Assembly (NCBI GenBank): GCA_964571255.1
Contig: CAZNAA010000001.1
Location: 551,674 to 615,673 of the forward strand
Length of the DNA: 64,000 nucleotides
Direction: 5' to 3'
Source of the DNA: an uncultured Gammaproteobacteria bacterium
GTDB lineage: Bacteria > Patescibacteriota > Microgenomatia > Levybacterales > UBA12049
The notes under the pieces were generated by a model that saw nothing but the letters and a program-made list of their open reading frames with translations, was not told where the DNA came from and did not search any database. The translations under genes and the position numbers were made by a program. The number at the start of each line of letters is the position of its first letter. Position 1 is the stretch's first letter. Positions 1 through 10,061 of the stretch are shown here, piece after piece.

Positions 1-2213
1 TTCGAGTAGATAAAGTTGTAATTGACGGAGTAGAGTATCAAACCGAGTCGCCTTCTACCTTTTCAACAGGAATGTGGGTACAAGGAAAAGATTGTACCAG
101 TGGAAACTATCAAACAGAGTGGCTCTTTTGTGGTGGGTACTTTACGTATAAATCTGATTCAGCCCAACCCACTCCTACACCTACCACTGGCCCAACTCCA
201 ACCCCAACTCCTCCTGTTGCTACCCCAACTCCTACTCCCACACCTCAATCTGGGATTTCAAAAGTCAAAATCTATGCCGCAGGTACTCCAGTTGGAGATG
301 TCTATCCAACCTTGGAACTAAAGATAAAAGATCAAACTGCAGCTACCTGGACAAATATTCAAGGAAATCCAACAACAGGAGTGTTTGTAAATCGTGAATT
401 TACTTTTAATCAAAAAATAGCTATTGGAGATATTAAAGTAGCTTTTGTCAACGACGGGTCTGGAGGAAATCAAGATAGAAATATCCGAATTGATAAAATA
501 GAGCTTGATGGAGCAACCTATCAAACAGAAGATCCATCAACCTATTCTGTTGGAAACTGGGACGGTTCATCTTGTGCTGGAGGCTATAAAAAACATGAAT
601 GGCTTCACTGTAATGGCTATGCAGCCTACTCCCAATCATCAACTCCTACCCCTACTCCATCAGCTGGCCCTACACCAACTCCCACTCCAACTCCTCAAGT
701 AACTCCTACCCCTACTCAACCAACAGGAACAAAAATTGATATCAAAGCAGCAGGTACTCCAGTTGGAGATATCTATCCAACTTTGGAACTAAAGATTAAC
801 GATCAAACCGTTAAACAATGGACGAATATCCAAGGCAATCCAACTAATGGAACCTTTGTTACTCTTTCCTACCAAGCTGCATCTACTATTCAAGCTTCAT
901 CTATAAAAGTTGCATTTGTTAACGATGGATCCTCCTCCACTCAGGATAGAAATGTACGTGTTGATAAAATCATTGTTGACTCAGTCGCCTATGAATCAGA
1001 AGCAACCAATACCTACTCTGTTGGAAACTGGGACGGTTCATCTTGTGCTGGAGGCTATAAAAAGACTGAATGGCTCCATTGTAACGGCTACTTTTCCTAT
1101 GCTCAAGTCCAACCGACCCCTACTCCCACTCCTATTCCCGGAGGATCTTATACGGTAGGATCAAATAACGTCTATAAGAATGGCGTTGCCATTAAGCTTA
1201 AAGGAGTTAACTGGTTTGGATTTGAAACACTCAATCACGTAGCAGGAGGACTCTATGCAAGAAGCTATAAAGATATTATTCAACAAATGAAACAAATCGG
1301 ATTTAACGCTGTTCGAGTTCCTTTCTGTCCTCCTACTCTTAACGGTGTCTCAGTAACATCTGGAGTTGACTATAATAAAAACCCTGATTTAGTTGGGAAA
1401 AACAGTTTAGAAATGATGGATAAAGTGATTGATGAATTAAACAATCAGCAAATGTATATTCTTTTAGACCATCATCTTATTGAATGTAATGGAATTCACC
1501 AATTATGGTATACCTCTTCGTATCCTGAGTCGCAGTGGATTGATAATTTGAAAAAAATTACTACACGATATAAAAGTAAAGAATACTTACTTGGAATTGA
1601 TTTGAAAAACGAACCATGGGGTGAGGCAAGTTGGGGAACAGGGGACCTCAGTCGTGATTGGAATCTTGCTGCAGAGCGAGCCGGAAAAGCAGTTTTAGAA
1701 GGAAATAATAATATTCTCATCTTTGTTGAAGGAGTCGCAACCTCAAATACGACGTGTTCAGCTGGATTTAGCTCCTGGTGGGGAGGAAACTTAGCTCCAG
1801 CTAAGTGTAAACCAATTTCAACGAGTGCAATCCCTGCTGATAAAATGGTCTATTCTCCTCACGTCTATGGACCTGATGTTTGGTTTCAAGACTACTTTAA
1901 AGACTCTACCTTTCCAAACAATATGCCAGCTATTTGGGATGCTCACTTTGGTTTCTTAGCCGCTAACTATACCGTTATTCCTTCTGAATTTGGAGGAAAA
2001 TTTGGAGCAGATAATGGTTATCCACAAGATATTACTCTCCAGAACAAACTAGCCAGTTATTTTAACAGTAAGAGAATTTGTAATAGTTTCTATTGGGCAT
2101 GGAATCCAAGTAAAGGAGAATCTGCTATCGGAGGAATTGTTGGAGAGGATTGGTCTACCATTCAGCAAAACAAGGTAGATTTCCTTAAAAACTATTGGGC
2201 GTCTTGTAACTAA
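1..2213 (+). CDS. Secreted glycoside hydrolase family 5 endo-beta-1,4-glucanase (cellulase). Three N-terminal carbohydrate-binding-module-like repeats are separated by Pro/Thr linkers. 5' partial: the ORF runs off the window start.
   Basis: Frame 3 is open from nt 3 with no stop. The first 23 codons (RVDKVVIDGVEYQTESPSTFSTG) match the repeated module seen twice more (NIRIDKIELDGATYQTEDPSTYSVGNWDGSSCAGGYKK... and NVRVDKIIVDSVAYESEATNTYSVGNWDGSSCAGGYKK...). PTPTPT linkers separate the modules. The catalytic domain carries GH5 hallmarks: GVNWFGFE, acid/base NEPWGE, SPHVYGP, and nucleophile IPSEFGGKFG. Confidence 0.75.
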   Translation, partial: RVDKVVIDGVEYQTESPSTFSTGMWVQGKDCTSGNYQTEWLFCGGYFTYKSDSAQPTPTPTTGPTPTPTPPVATPTPTPTPQSGISKVKIYAAGTPVGDVYPTLELKIKDQTAATWTNIQGNPTTGVFVNREFTFNQKIAIGDIKVAFVNDGSGGNQDRNIRIDKIELDGATYQTEDPSTYSVGNWDGSSCAGGYKKHEWLHCNGYAAYSQSSTPTPTPSAGPTPTPTPTPQVTPTPTQPTGTKIDIKAAGTPVGDIYPTLELKINDQTVKQWTNIQGNPTNGTFVTLSYQAASTIQASSIKVAFVNDGSSSTQDRNVRVDKIIVDSVAYESEATNTYSVGNWDGSSCAGGYKKTEWLHCNGYFSYAQVQPTPTPTPIPGGSYTVGSNNVYKNGVAIKLKGVNWFGFETLNHVAGGLYARSYKDIIQQMKQIGFNAVRVPFCPPTLNGVSVTSGVDYNKNPDLVGKNSLEMMDKVIDELNNQQMYILLDHHLIECNGIHQLWYTSSYPESQWIDNLKKITTRYKSKEYLLGIDLKNEPWGEASWGTGDLSRDWNLAAERAGKAVLEGNNNILIFVEGVATSNTTCSAGFSSWWGGNLAPAKCKPISTSAIPADKMVYSPHVYGPDVWFQDYFKDSTFPNNMPAIWDAHFGFLAANYTVIPSEFGGKFGADNGYPQDITLQNKLASYFNSKRICNSFYWAWNPSKGESAIGGIVGEDWSTIQQNKVDFLKNYWASCN
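265..1160 (+). repeat. In-frame tandem duplication of about 460 nt (binding module plus PT linker) within the GH5 gene
   Basis: Near-identical stretches are visible directly, e.g. gcaggtactccagttggagatgtctatccaaccttggaactaaagata at about 280 and gcaggtactccagttggagatatctatccaactttggaactaaagatt at about 751. A third, partial copy lies at the window start. Confidence 0.7.
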
Positions 2214-3202
2214 AGTATTGTTTGTTCAATCTGTGGTGCAAAAAACTGAAGGTTGTTATGAATGAGTGAGAGAAGAAGCCGGGTGTCATAAAATCGATCA
2301 TTACTTCGCATCACAACAACGATTATCTCCCTTCCCTTTTCCTCTTTGACTGTTACCAATACTCCCCCCGCTTCAAGCGTATACCCTGTTTTAAGTCCTA
2401 TTACTCCCATTTCTCCAAGAAGAATATTTAAATTCTTCAGAGAAAATATATGTACTTCATCAATGGTACTGACTACCCGCTCTCGTGTTTTTACTACGTC
2501 TCGTAAGATAGGATGGGTAATCGCTGCTTCAGCAATTCGAGCAAGATCTCGAGCAGTTGAGAGGTCTCCTTCTTCAAGCCCTGTTGGATCAATATATTCA
2601 GTCTCAAAAAGAAATAGCTCTCTGGCTTTTGAATTCATCCGTGTCACAAATGACTTGACCCCTCCTGGGTAATTATCAGCAATGACAAAGGCTGCATCAT
2701 TACCCGATGGGAGCATCATGCCATAAAGTAATGACTCAAACGTAAGCTTCTCATCTTTTTTTAATCCCATAACTGCTCCCTCCACGTTTTCTCTTTTTAC
2801 TGTCAAAATATCACTGAGTTGATACGTTTCTAAAGCAACAAGTGCAGTCATAATTTTGGTTGTTGAAGCAATGGGAAAAGGAATATTTTCATTTTTGGCA
2901 AAAAGAGGAACTTTTGACTCCTTCTCAACGATATATCCTGCTTCTGCTGTTATATCAGGAAGATAGGAAGTAATGAATTGTGGATAAGGAGTAATCGATT
3001 GAATCTCATCAGAGGGACGAATTGTAAGAATAGCCGTTTGCTTTTCTAAGACAGCATATACTAATCCTAATCCAACACAAAGCTGAGTAAGAACTAAACA
3101 AAAAAGAGATAGATACACTACGGCAATATTCTTCTTAAGAAACGTCAGAGTCGTCTTTTGTAGAGAGGGTAGAAAGTCTTTCATCGATTCGCTCCATATC
3201 AC
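2210..3202 (-). CDS. D-alanyl-D-alanine carboxypeptidase (serine peptidase S11, PBP5/DacA-like)
   Basis: SxxK motif in ASTTKIMTALVALE, SxN motif in LPSGNDAA, KTG motif in GLKTGYT. N-terminal TM segment. 3' end overlaps aspS by about 68 nt; an internal start (M7) is possible. Confidence 0.7.
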   Translation of the reverse strand: MIWSESMKDFLPSLQKTTLTFLKKNIAVVYLSLFCLVLTQLCVGLGLVYAVLEKQTAILTIRPSDEIQSITPYPQFITSYLPDITAEAGYIVEKESKVPLFAKNENIPFPIASTTKIMTALVALETYQLSDILTVKRENVEGAVMGLKKDEKLTFESLLYGMMLPSGNDAAFVIADNYPGGVKSFVTRMNSKARELFLFETEYIDPTGLEEGDLSTARDLARIAEAAITHPILRDVVKTRERVVSTIDEVHIFSLKNLNILLGEMGVIGLKTGYTLEAGGVLVTVKEEKGREIIVVVMRSNDRFYDTRLLLSLIHNNLQFFAPQIEQTIL

Positions 3203-4511
3203 GTGGGAACATATTTGCCTCTCGAATGTTTCCTAGCTTTAAAATTTGCATAGTCAAGCGTTCTGCACCAAGTGCAAACCCTCCTTCAGGAGGAACTCCA
3301 TATCGAAATGCGTCTAGAAACATTGTAATCTTTTTAGGATCCATTTTCCAATCACTTACATGCTGCATCAACTGATCAAAATCATTCACTCTTCGTCCAC
3401 CTGACATCCATTCAATTCCTCTGCACAAAAGATCGATACTTTCATTAAACTCAGGCTCTTTCGGGTCTGGGTAGACATAGAATGGTTTTTTCTTGGTTGG
3501 ATAGCCTTTGATAAAGACCAATTCACTCCCTGTTTCTTCTTTTATAATCTGACAAATTTCTCTCTCATCTTCTGGATTTAAATCTTTCTCTCCACGAACG
3601 TCTCTGCCTGAATGGTCGTGAATCTTCTGTTGTGCTTCTCGAAGCGTAATGGTTGGCGTTTTTTCAATAGTTGAGGGGAGCTCTACTCCAAAAAGAGCAA
3701 GTTCTTCACTGCATTCTTCTCCAACTCGTTTCAGGATATATTTTACTGTTTGATCAGCCATATCCCGAACATCCTCCCACGAAGTGATAAAACTCATCTC
3801 TGCATCAAGTGAGACAATCTCAGTTAAATGACGAGTCGTAACCGAAGGTTCTGCTCGAAAAATTTTATTCACTGAAAAAACTCTTTCAAAAGCACTCATC
3901 ACAATTTGTTTATAGAGTTGAGGACTTTGAGTAAGGTACGCATCAGTATCAAAATACGTTACTTTAAAAACTTCTGATCCTCCTTCAGCAACCGCCGGAG
4001 TAATAATAGGTGCTTGAAACTCCATAAAATCTTGAGACTTTAAATACTCTCGAAACGCGTCAATAAGAACAGCCTGCACTTTAAAGATGGCCTTCACTTT
4101 TGGATGACGAAGAGTAAGAGCCCTATGATCAAGAAGTGTTGGGAGCTCTACATTTAACTCTTCTCCTCCCATATCAAAAGGGAGTGTTTCTGCTTTAGCA
4201 AGAATTTCTACTTGCTCTGCAGCTATTTCGACTGTTCCACTCTTAATTTTTTCATTAATGAGTTTGTCTGGTCTTTTATTTACTTTTCCCGTAATGGAAA
4301 CGACAAATTCAGATCGTAATTCTTGAGCAGCATCGTATGCCTCTTGAGATGTTTGTGGATGAAAAACGACTTGAAGAAGACCTGATCTATCTCGAAGGTC
4401 AATAAACATTAACTTCCCATGATCCCGTCTTGCATGAATCCAGCCCTTAACCGTAATAGTCTCGTCAATATGTGTTGGTGTTTCTGAGGCTAAAATGCGT
4501 GTTTTTTCCAT
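3135..4511 (-). CDS. aspS: Aspartate--tRNA ligase, archaeal/eukaryotic-type class IIb (AspRS/AsnRS family, possibly non-discriminating)
   Basis: 458 aa. N-terminal OB anticodon-binding region (ITVKGWIHARRDHGKLMFIDLRD), motif 2 FRAEPSVTTRHL, C-terminal GGFALGAERL...NIREANMFPRD. Asp versus Asn specificity cannot be decided by eye. Confidence 0.7.
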   Translation of the reverse strand: MEKTRILASETPTHIDETITVKGWIHARRDHGKLMFIDLRDRSGLLQVVFHPQTSQEAYDAAQELRSEFVVSITGKVNKRPDKLINEKIKSGTVEIAAEQVEILAKAETLPFDMGGEELNVELPTLLDHRALTLRHPKVKAIFKVQAVLIDAFREYLKSQDFMEFQAPIITPAVAEGGSEVFKVTYFDTDAYLTQSPQLYKQIVMSAFERVFSVNKIFRAEPSVTTRHLTEIVSLDAEMSFITSWEDVRDMADQTVKYILKRVGEECSEELALFGVELPSTIEKTPTITLREAQQKIHDHSGRDVRGEKDLNPEDEREICQIIKEETGSELVFIKGYPTKKKPFYVYPDPKEPEFNESIDLLCRGIEWMSGGRRVNDFDQLMQHVSDWKMDPKKITMFLDAFRYGVPPEGGFALGAERLTMQILKLGNIREANMFPRDMERIDERLSTLSTKDDSDVS

Positions 4512-4567
4512 GGCTTATCTGTCCCTAATCATACAGTCTTACGCTCAAATTGACAAGGGAGAAAATC

Positions 4568-6241
4568 TTATTCAGATTGCACCATATCTTTTACTTTTAA
4601 CTGTAAACTTCTATTTCCATTCCACTCATTCATGTCTAGAGTAAATAACAGATCAATATGCTGTCCAAGTTTTAAACTACTAAACTTCTCCCCCATGCCA
4701 AAACAAATTGCTTCTAAAGGAAACGGAGAATCTTTTCCTTTAAGCCGTAGTTTTAAATGTTTTCCTTCTTTTCCCAATACTCGAATGTCCTCAATCTCTA
4801 CTCGTCTTGTCACAAAGGTTGGTTCTGGATTTCCCATACCAAAAGGTGAAAGAGCTTGGAGCTTTTCATACAGAACTGGTGTAAGAGAAGCAAAAGACAA
4901 CTCACAATCAACCTTTAGCACTTTAATTAATTGCTCCTCTGTTATTTTCTCCTCAGCCAGTTTATCAATCAATTCTTCAAGAAGGGAAAGTTTGGCTGTT
5001 TCAATTGTAAATCCAGCAGCCATTGGGTGTCCTCCAATATTTACAAATTCTGTTTCATACGTTCTTAAGAATTCAATAATATTAACTCCACTTACAGATC
5101 TAACTGAAGCTTTCGTATGGACTTCACCAATGGAGAGGACAATAGTAGGGCGATAAAACTCCTCAACCAGTTTTCCTGCAATGAGTCCTATCACTCCCTG
5201 CTGATACGATGCATCAGCAATAAACAAAAGTTTTTTTGTTTCTTTTTTTAATTCTTTAATTTTTAAACTGGCATGCTTTGCTAAATCTTTAGTTAACTCT
5301 TGTCTTTCTCTATTCGTTACACCTAACATTTGAGCAAGTTTTTCTGCTTTTCCAATATCTTTGGTACAAAGGAGACGTAAACTATCCATGGCACTCTCCA
5401 GTCTTCCCATGGCGTTAAGACGAGGGGCAATAACATAGCCTATTTCAAACACTCCAAGTTTTCCTTGTATCAAAGCAGCTTCTTGAAAAAGTGCCCAAAC
5501 CCCTGGCCGTTTTATTTCATTGAGGACTTTTAATCCTTCTTTGACTATGGCTCTATTATTTCCAACAAGAGGAACTAAATCAGCAATTGTCCCTAAAGCA
5601 GCAAATGCTAAATGATCAGCTACTTCAGAAAGTGCATATTTTTCTCTAATCTCTTTTGAGAAAAGCCAAGCAATTCCAGCACCACACAAATCATGAGTAT
5701 GAACAAATGAATAAGCAGCAGGAAGGGTTGAAGTCTCCTGGTGATGATCAGTAATAATCACATCAATTCCTTTTTCCTTAGCAAAGTTGACTGCCTCAAA
5801 AGCAACGATACCGTTATCAACGGTGATAATTAGTTTTACTTCAGGTTGTTCCTCAAGTAGGTTGGTAATTCCCGTAATGGATAAGCCATACCCCTCCTCC
5901 ATTCGATGAGGAATATAGGGAAGAGCATCTATTCCTGCTTCAAAAAGGGTTTCCCATAATATCGCACTTGCAGTTACTCCGTCCACATCATAGTCTCCAT
6001 ACACCACAACCTTTTCTTTTTTCTTTTTGGCGCTATCAATTCGTTTTAGACTTTTCTCAAGTTCTTTTTTATTGATGTGGGAACTACTTGGAGTAACGCG
6101 GGAAAGAGTGGGAGAAAGAAATTCTTCTCTTTGTTCTGGAGTAATAATTCCTCGGTGTTTTAGAAGAATCTCAATCAGCTCTTGAGTGTCACATTCTCCC
6201 TCTTTTTTTGCTAATTCACTTTGAATATTCCACTTTTTCAT
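4568..6241 (-). CDS. recJ: Single-stranded-DNA-specific exonuclease RecJ (DHH/DHHA1)
   Basis: DHH motifs VVVYGDYDVDGVTASAIL, ITDHHQ, GGHPMAAG. 557 aa. Confidence 0.85.
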   Translation of the reverse strand: MKKWNIQSELAKKEGECDTQELIEILLKHRGIITPEQREEFLSPTLSRVTPSSSHINKKELEKSLKRIDSAKKKKEKVVVYGDYDVDGVTASAILWETLFEAGIDALPYIPHRMEEGYGLSITGITNLLEEQPEVKLIITVDNGIVAFEAVNFAKEKGIDVIITDHHQETSTLPAAYSFVHTHDLCGAGIAWLFSKEIREKYALSEVADHLAFAALGTIADLVPLVGNNRAIVKEGLKVLNEIKRPGVWALFQEAALIQGKLGVFEIGYVIAPRLNAMGRLESAMDSLRLLCTKDIGKAEKLAQMLGVTNRERQELTKDLAKHASLKIKELKKETKKLLFIADASYQQGVIGLIAGKLVEEFYRPTIVLSIGEVHTKASVRSVSGVNIIEFLRTYETEFVNIGGHPMAAGFTIETAKLSLLEELIDKLAEEKITEEQLIKVLKVDCELSFASLTPVLYEKLQALSPFGMGNPEPTFVTRRVEIEDIRVLGKEGKHLKLRLKGKDSPFPLEAICFGMGEKFSSLKLGQHIDLLFTLDMNEWNGNRSLQLKVKDMVQSE

Positions 6242-6290
6242 ACGAGATACCTTTTTGTCTCTGCTATACTATAGCAAGGTCTTTTTACCT

Positions 6291-7670
6291 ATGGAACAGC
6301 TAAAAAATATGCTCCCCTTTTACGTTTTAGACATCTTTCATGCCTTTTCACAAAAAGGATATGAAATCTATTTAGTTGGAGGAAGTGTTAGAAATCTGTT
6401 TTTAGGAAATCCTGTAAAAGATTGGGATTTCACGACTAACGCAACCCCCGAACAAATCTTAACACTATTCCCTGACGGGTTTTATGATAACACATTTGGA
6501 ACTGTAGGAGTTCCCTATTCGTTTAGAAACGATAAGAAGGAAGAGGAAAAAATGGTATTTGAAATTACCACTTTTCGAACTGAATCATCATACATTAACA
6601 ATAGGCACCCTGAATCAGTTTCCTGGGGGGAAAGTATTGAAGAAGATTTAGAGAGACGGGACTTTACTATTAACGCCATTGCTCTTTCCGTTACGGATAT
6701 TGTTTCTATTATTGATCCTTTTAATGGACAGACCGATTTGAAAAATAAACTTATTAAAGCTGTTGGAGATCCCAAAAAACGATTTAAAGAAGATGCTCTT
6801 CGTCTGCTTCGAGCTATTAGATTTGCAACCCAGCTTACTTTTTTTATTGATGAGCAAACCCTATCAGAAATAAAAGAAGATGCTTCTTTGCTACAAAATA
6901 TTTCCAAAGAAAGAATTCGAGATGAACTATTAAAAATTCTCTCAACCGATTATCCGTATGACGGGATTATGTTACTTCGCAACACTGGCCTTTTAGAATA
7001 TGTTCTGCCGGAGCTTCTTGAAGGAGAAGGAGTGTCTCAAGAACGTCCTGGCAGACATCACACCACAGATGTTTTTACTCACAATGTTCAATCTTTAAAA
7101 CACACTCCCTCAACCAATCCAATTGTTCGTTTTGCAACTCTTATTCATGATATCGCTAAACCAAGAGTCAGAGGAGAAGACAAAGACGGACTCGTTATTT
7201 TTCATAATCATGAGCTTGTAGGATCCCAAATGGCTAGGGAGATTTGTGAGAGATTAAAGTTTTCCAAAAAAGATCGAGAAAAAGTAGTAACTCTGATCAG
7301 ATGGCATATGTTTACAGTAGATGAACATATTACAGATGCTGCAATCAGAAGGTTTATCAGACGGATTGGTGTTGAAAATGTTAAAGATATGATAGATTTA
7401 CGAATTGGCGACCGGTTAGGCAGTGGGACACAAACGGCAGAAAGCTGGAGACTTATTAAATTCAAAGAGAGAATTGAGGAACAACTTGCTCCTGCTCCTT
7501 TTTCCATTACGGATTTGGCAATTGATGGGAAAGACATTATGAAAGAGTTAAATATCAAACCTGGAAGACAAATTGGAGAGATACTTCAAACTCTTTTTGA
7601 AGAGGTAGATGAAGATTTATCAAAAAATACGAGAGAGTATCTACTAACCCGGCTTAAAAAGTTCTCCTAA
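6291..7670 (+). CDS. cca: CCA-adding tRNA nucleotidyltransferase with C-terminal HD domain
   Basis: LVGGSVRNLFLGNPVKDWDFTT, RRDFTINAIA, HD motif IHDIAKP. ORF track starts at 6255; the M at 6291 (MEQLKNM) is favoured because recJ ends at 6241 on the other strand. Confidence 0.8.
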   Translation: MEQLKNMLPFYVLDIFHAFSQKGYEIYLVGGSVRNLFLGNPVKDWDFTTNATPEQILTLFPDGFYDNTFGTVGVPYSFRNDKKEEEKMVFEITTFRTESSYINNRHPESVSWGESIEEDLERRDFTINAIALSVTDIVSIIDPFNGQTDLKNKLIKAVGDPKKRFKEDALRLLRAIRFATQLTFFIDEQTLSEIKEDASLLQNISKERIRDELLKILSTDYPYDGIMLLRNTGLLEYVLPELLEGEGVSQERPGRHHTTDVFTHNVQSLKHTPSTNPIVRFATLIHDIAKPRVRGEDKDGLVIFHNHELVGSQMAREICERLKFSKKDREKVVTLIRWHMFTVDEHITDAAIRRFIRRIGVENVKDMIDLRIGDRLGSGTQTAESWRLIKFKERIEEQLAPAPFSITDLAIDGKDIMKELNIKPGRQIGEILQTLFEEVDEDLSKNTREYLLTRLKKFS

Positions 7671-7688
7671 GTAAAAGAGTCACTCTAG

Positions 7689-8609
7689 CTATTCCAGGTT
7701 AAACGTTTCTTTTTTAATTTGAAAATATAATTCAAATTGTCTATCTGTTATGGAAGGAGGAATAACTTCCTCTCCAAATAACTCATTGATTGCCGTAAGT
7801 ATTTTTGTTGCTTTCTCAATAAACCAATCTTTTAATAAAGGATAGCCACTCATTCTTTCTACAATCCCAATGTTAATTAATCTCTCTAACCTCAGACTCG
7901 TATTTCCCATCAAATTCTCAAAATGAGTATACAATGAAACAAATTGTAAAAACTCAGCTTGTTTTGAATCCCCAATAAGATAAGAAAGAGAACTATCAGC
8001 AAGATTTCCTCCTCTTCCATATAAAAGAGAATCTAAAAATTTCTTCATCATACCCTTTGAGACAGGACATGCTTCTATTCCTCTTCCAGCTACCAGTCTT
8101 TTAGAAAAAGCATATTCAATTATTTGCTCTGAAGTTACTACAGCAATACCTTTCATCGATTCAATCGCGAACATTATCCCAGCTCCTGCTTGATTTACTC
8201 CTACAATACCTAAAGGAATTTCTCCTCGGGGATCAAATCCAATATGAGGAGCAAGAACGGTATAGGAAGGAAGTGCAAGAGTAGCGTTCCCTAAATGCTC
8301 TGCGCCCTCCCAAGGGATATCCTCCCCAACTACTTTCGGATCAATCAGATAATGAAGATATGCAGTTGTATCTAGTACCTCGGGCAAAACCGAGAGAAGA
8401 TCTTCTTTAGCGGAAAGATTTATGCGAATTCCAAAACGAGTATCTTTGAAGGGACACTTTCCCATTGTAGGTCTCTCCCGCCCAGCAATATGTGGCGCTA
8501 GAATAGGATTTCGATATGCTCCCTTCGTGACAAGTGGAGCATAATTTACCCCAGCATACGTTGCAGGTAAGAGGTCATAAAAGCTTCTTGAGCCTTCAGT
8601 TGTAGCCAT
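7689..8609 (-). CDS. Hypothetical protein (possible GalT/HIT-like fold, unverified)
   Basis: Long ORF. Weak hints only: GKCPF and two LAPHIxG motifs. No firm family assignment. Confidence 0.4.
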   Translation of the reverse strand: MATTEGSRSFYDLLPATYAGVNYAPLVTKGAYRNPILAPHIAGRERPTMGKCPFKDTRFGIRINLSAKEDLLSVLPEVLDTTAYLHYLIDPKVVGEDIPWEGAEHLGNATLALPSYTVLAPHIGFDPRGEIPLGIVGVNQAGAGIMFAIESMKGIAVVTSEQIIEYAFSKRLVAGRGIEACPVSKGMMKKFLDSLLYGRGGNLADSSLSYLIGDSKQAEFLQFVSLYTHFENLMGNTSLRLERLINIGIVERMSGYPLLKDWFIEKATKILTAINELFGEEVIPPSITDRQFELYFQIKKETFNLE

Positions 8610-8663
8610 GGAAAATACTATAACACACTACTTCTTACGAAACAAACCTGGTATACTTACGTT

Positions 8664-9113
8664 ATGAATAAACAGAGTTTGCAACAAGACCTAAAAGAAT
8701 CCATGTTTGCTCGAAATGAGTTAAAAACTTCTGTTCTTCGTATGCTTATTTCAGCAATTACGTATGCTGAAATTAATAAAGGTGGAGCAGGATATGAAGC
8801 AACTGAGGAAGACGTTATGGCAGTAATTCAATCAGAAGCCAAGAAAAGAAAAGATTCTATTGAGCAATACACAGGAGCAAACAGACCTGAACTTGCAGAG
8901 AAAGAAAAGCAAGAGTTGGATATTCTCTCAGTCTATCTTCCAGAACAAATGGGAGAGGAAGAGGTTAGAAAAATTGTTACAGAAACCATTGCTGAGGTAG
9001 GAGCAACAACTCAAGCTGATATGGGAAAGGTTATGGGAGTATTAATGAGTAAAGTAAAAGGGAAAGCAGAGGGAGGACTCGTTAGTAGACTCGTTAAAGA
9101 AGGATTAAGTTAA
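8664..9113 (+). CDS. GatB/YqeY domain protein
   Basis: Typical YqeY N-terminus (LKESMFARNELKTSVLRMLISAITYAEINKG). 149 aa. Confidence 0.8.
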   Translation: MNKQSLQQDLKESMFARNELKTSVLRMLISAITYAEINKGGAGYEATEEDVMAVIQSEAKKRKDSIEQYTGANRPELAEKEKQELDILSVYLPEQMGEEEVRKIVTETIAEVGATTQADMGKVMGVLMSKVKGKAEGGLVSRLVKEGLS

Positions 9114-9532
9114 CTTTCCCGTACCGCTACCTCTATAATCTCCTTCATCAGAGGAAGACTATTCTCATAATCCATTTTATCAAGATCTACCCACTCTGTT
9201 TTTTCTACGTGATGATCTTTTTCTTTTGGTTCTTTATCCTCAATAAGATCGAGCAGATACACAAAACAAAGGGTTTGTTGCTCTCCCCATTCATAGTCCC
9301 AGTAATTCACTCCAACGTATGGAAGAAGCTTTTTTACTTTTACTACTCTCCCTGTTTCTTCCTCAAATTCTCTCACAATTGACTCCTCAGGTGTTTCTCC
9401 AAAATCAACCTTCCCACCAGGTGCCTCCCACTTCAAATGAGCTCCAACACATTCTGGTTCATTACGCATAGAAAGAAGAACTTTATTGTTATGAATAAGT
9501 ATTCCGCAAAAGATAGTGATTTGTTTGTTCAT
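9110..9532 (-). CDS. NUDIX hydrolase
   Basis: Nudix box GGKVDFGETPEESIVREFEEETG. Confidence 0.75.
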   Translation of the reverse strand: MNKQITIFCGILIHNNKVLLSMRNEPECVGAHLKWEAPGGKVDFGETPEESIVREFEEETGRVVKVKKLLPYVGVNYWDYEWGEQQTLCFVYLLDLIEDKEPKEKDHHVEKTEWVDLDKMDYENSLPLMKEIIEVAVRES

Positions 9533-10060
9533 TTAATCTAATTCGTCCCACGTAAGAGTATCTTGTCCTCCAACTCGTACTCGAGGATGAGGATAAACTA
9601 AATCAGGATAAAAGTTATCATTCATCTCCTGCATCTGCATACTCATAACTACTCCTTGGGGAAGAGTTAGGCCCATATACTCTAATTGACTCCAAATACC
9701 TCTTAGTCGTTCACTCGTATTTGTTTCAGGATCATCAAATAATCTTTCCATATTTACTCCCCACATCCTAGCATAGAAAGTCAAAATGTCTTCTCTGTCT
9801 AGTCTTCCAAATGGTAACGAGCCTTCTTTTAATAATCGCTCTTTTTGTCTTTGGTTATAAAAAAATAGCTTATCAGGAGAAGTTAAACGAGGAAGCGCTA
9901 GTGAGGCTCTTCTACCAAATTTTTCCAGTTTTGATTCATAGCTTATTGCCCTTTCACCTTCTAAGTAAGGTTCTTCGCAAAGAGAAAAATACCAAAGAGA
10001 TTCACCTGGAGTAAGTGGTCTTTCAAATACGTTTTTTGCAGTTACTGATTCAACAGCCAT
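9533..10060 (-). CDS. Hypothetical protein
   Basis: 175-aa ORF packed directly against neighbours. No recognisable motif. Confidence 0.4.
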   Translation of the reverse strand: MAVESVTAKNVFERPLTPGESLWYFSLCEEPYLEGERAISYESKLEKFGRRASLALPRLTSPDKLFFYNQRQKERLLKEGSLPFGRLDREDILTFYARMWGVNMERLFDDPETNTSERLRGIWSQLEYMGLTLPQGVVMSMQMQEMNDNFYPDLVYPHPRVRVGGQDTLTWDELD

Positions 10061-10061
10061 A

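Noticed and set aside
4632-5156. 174-aa ORF antisense inside recJ
   Set aside because: Fully embedded in a well-supported conserved gene. No motifs.
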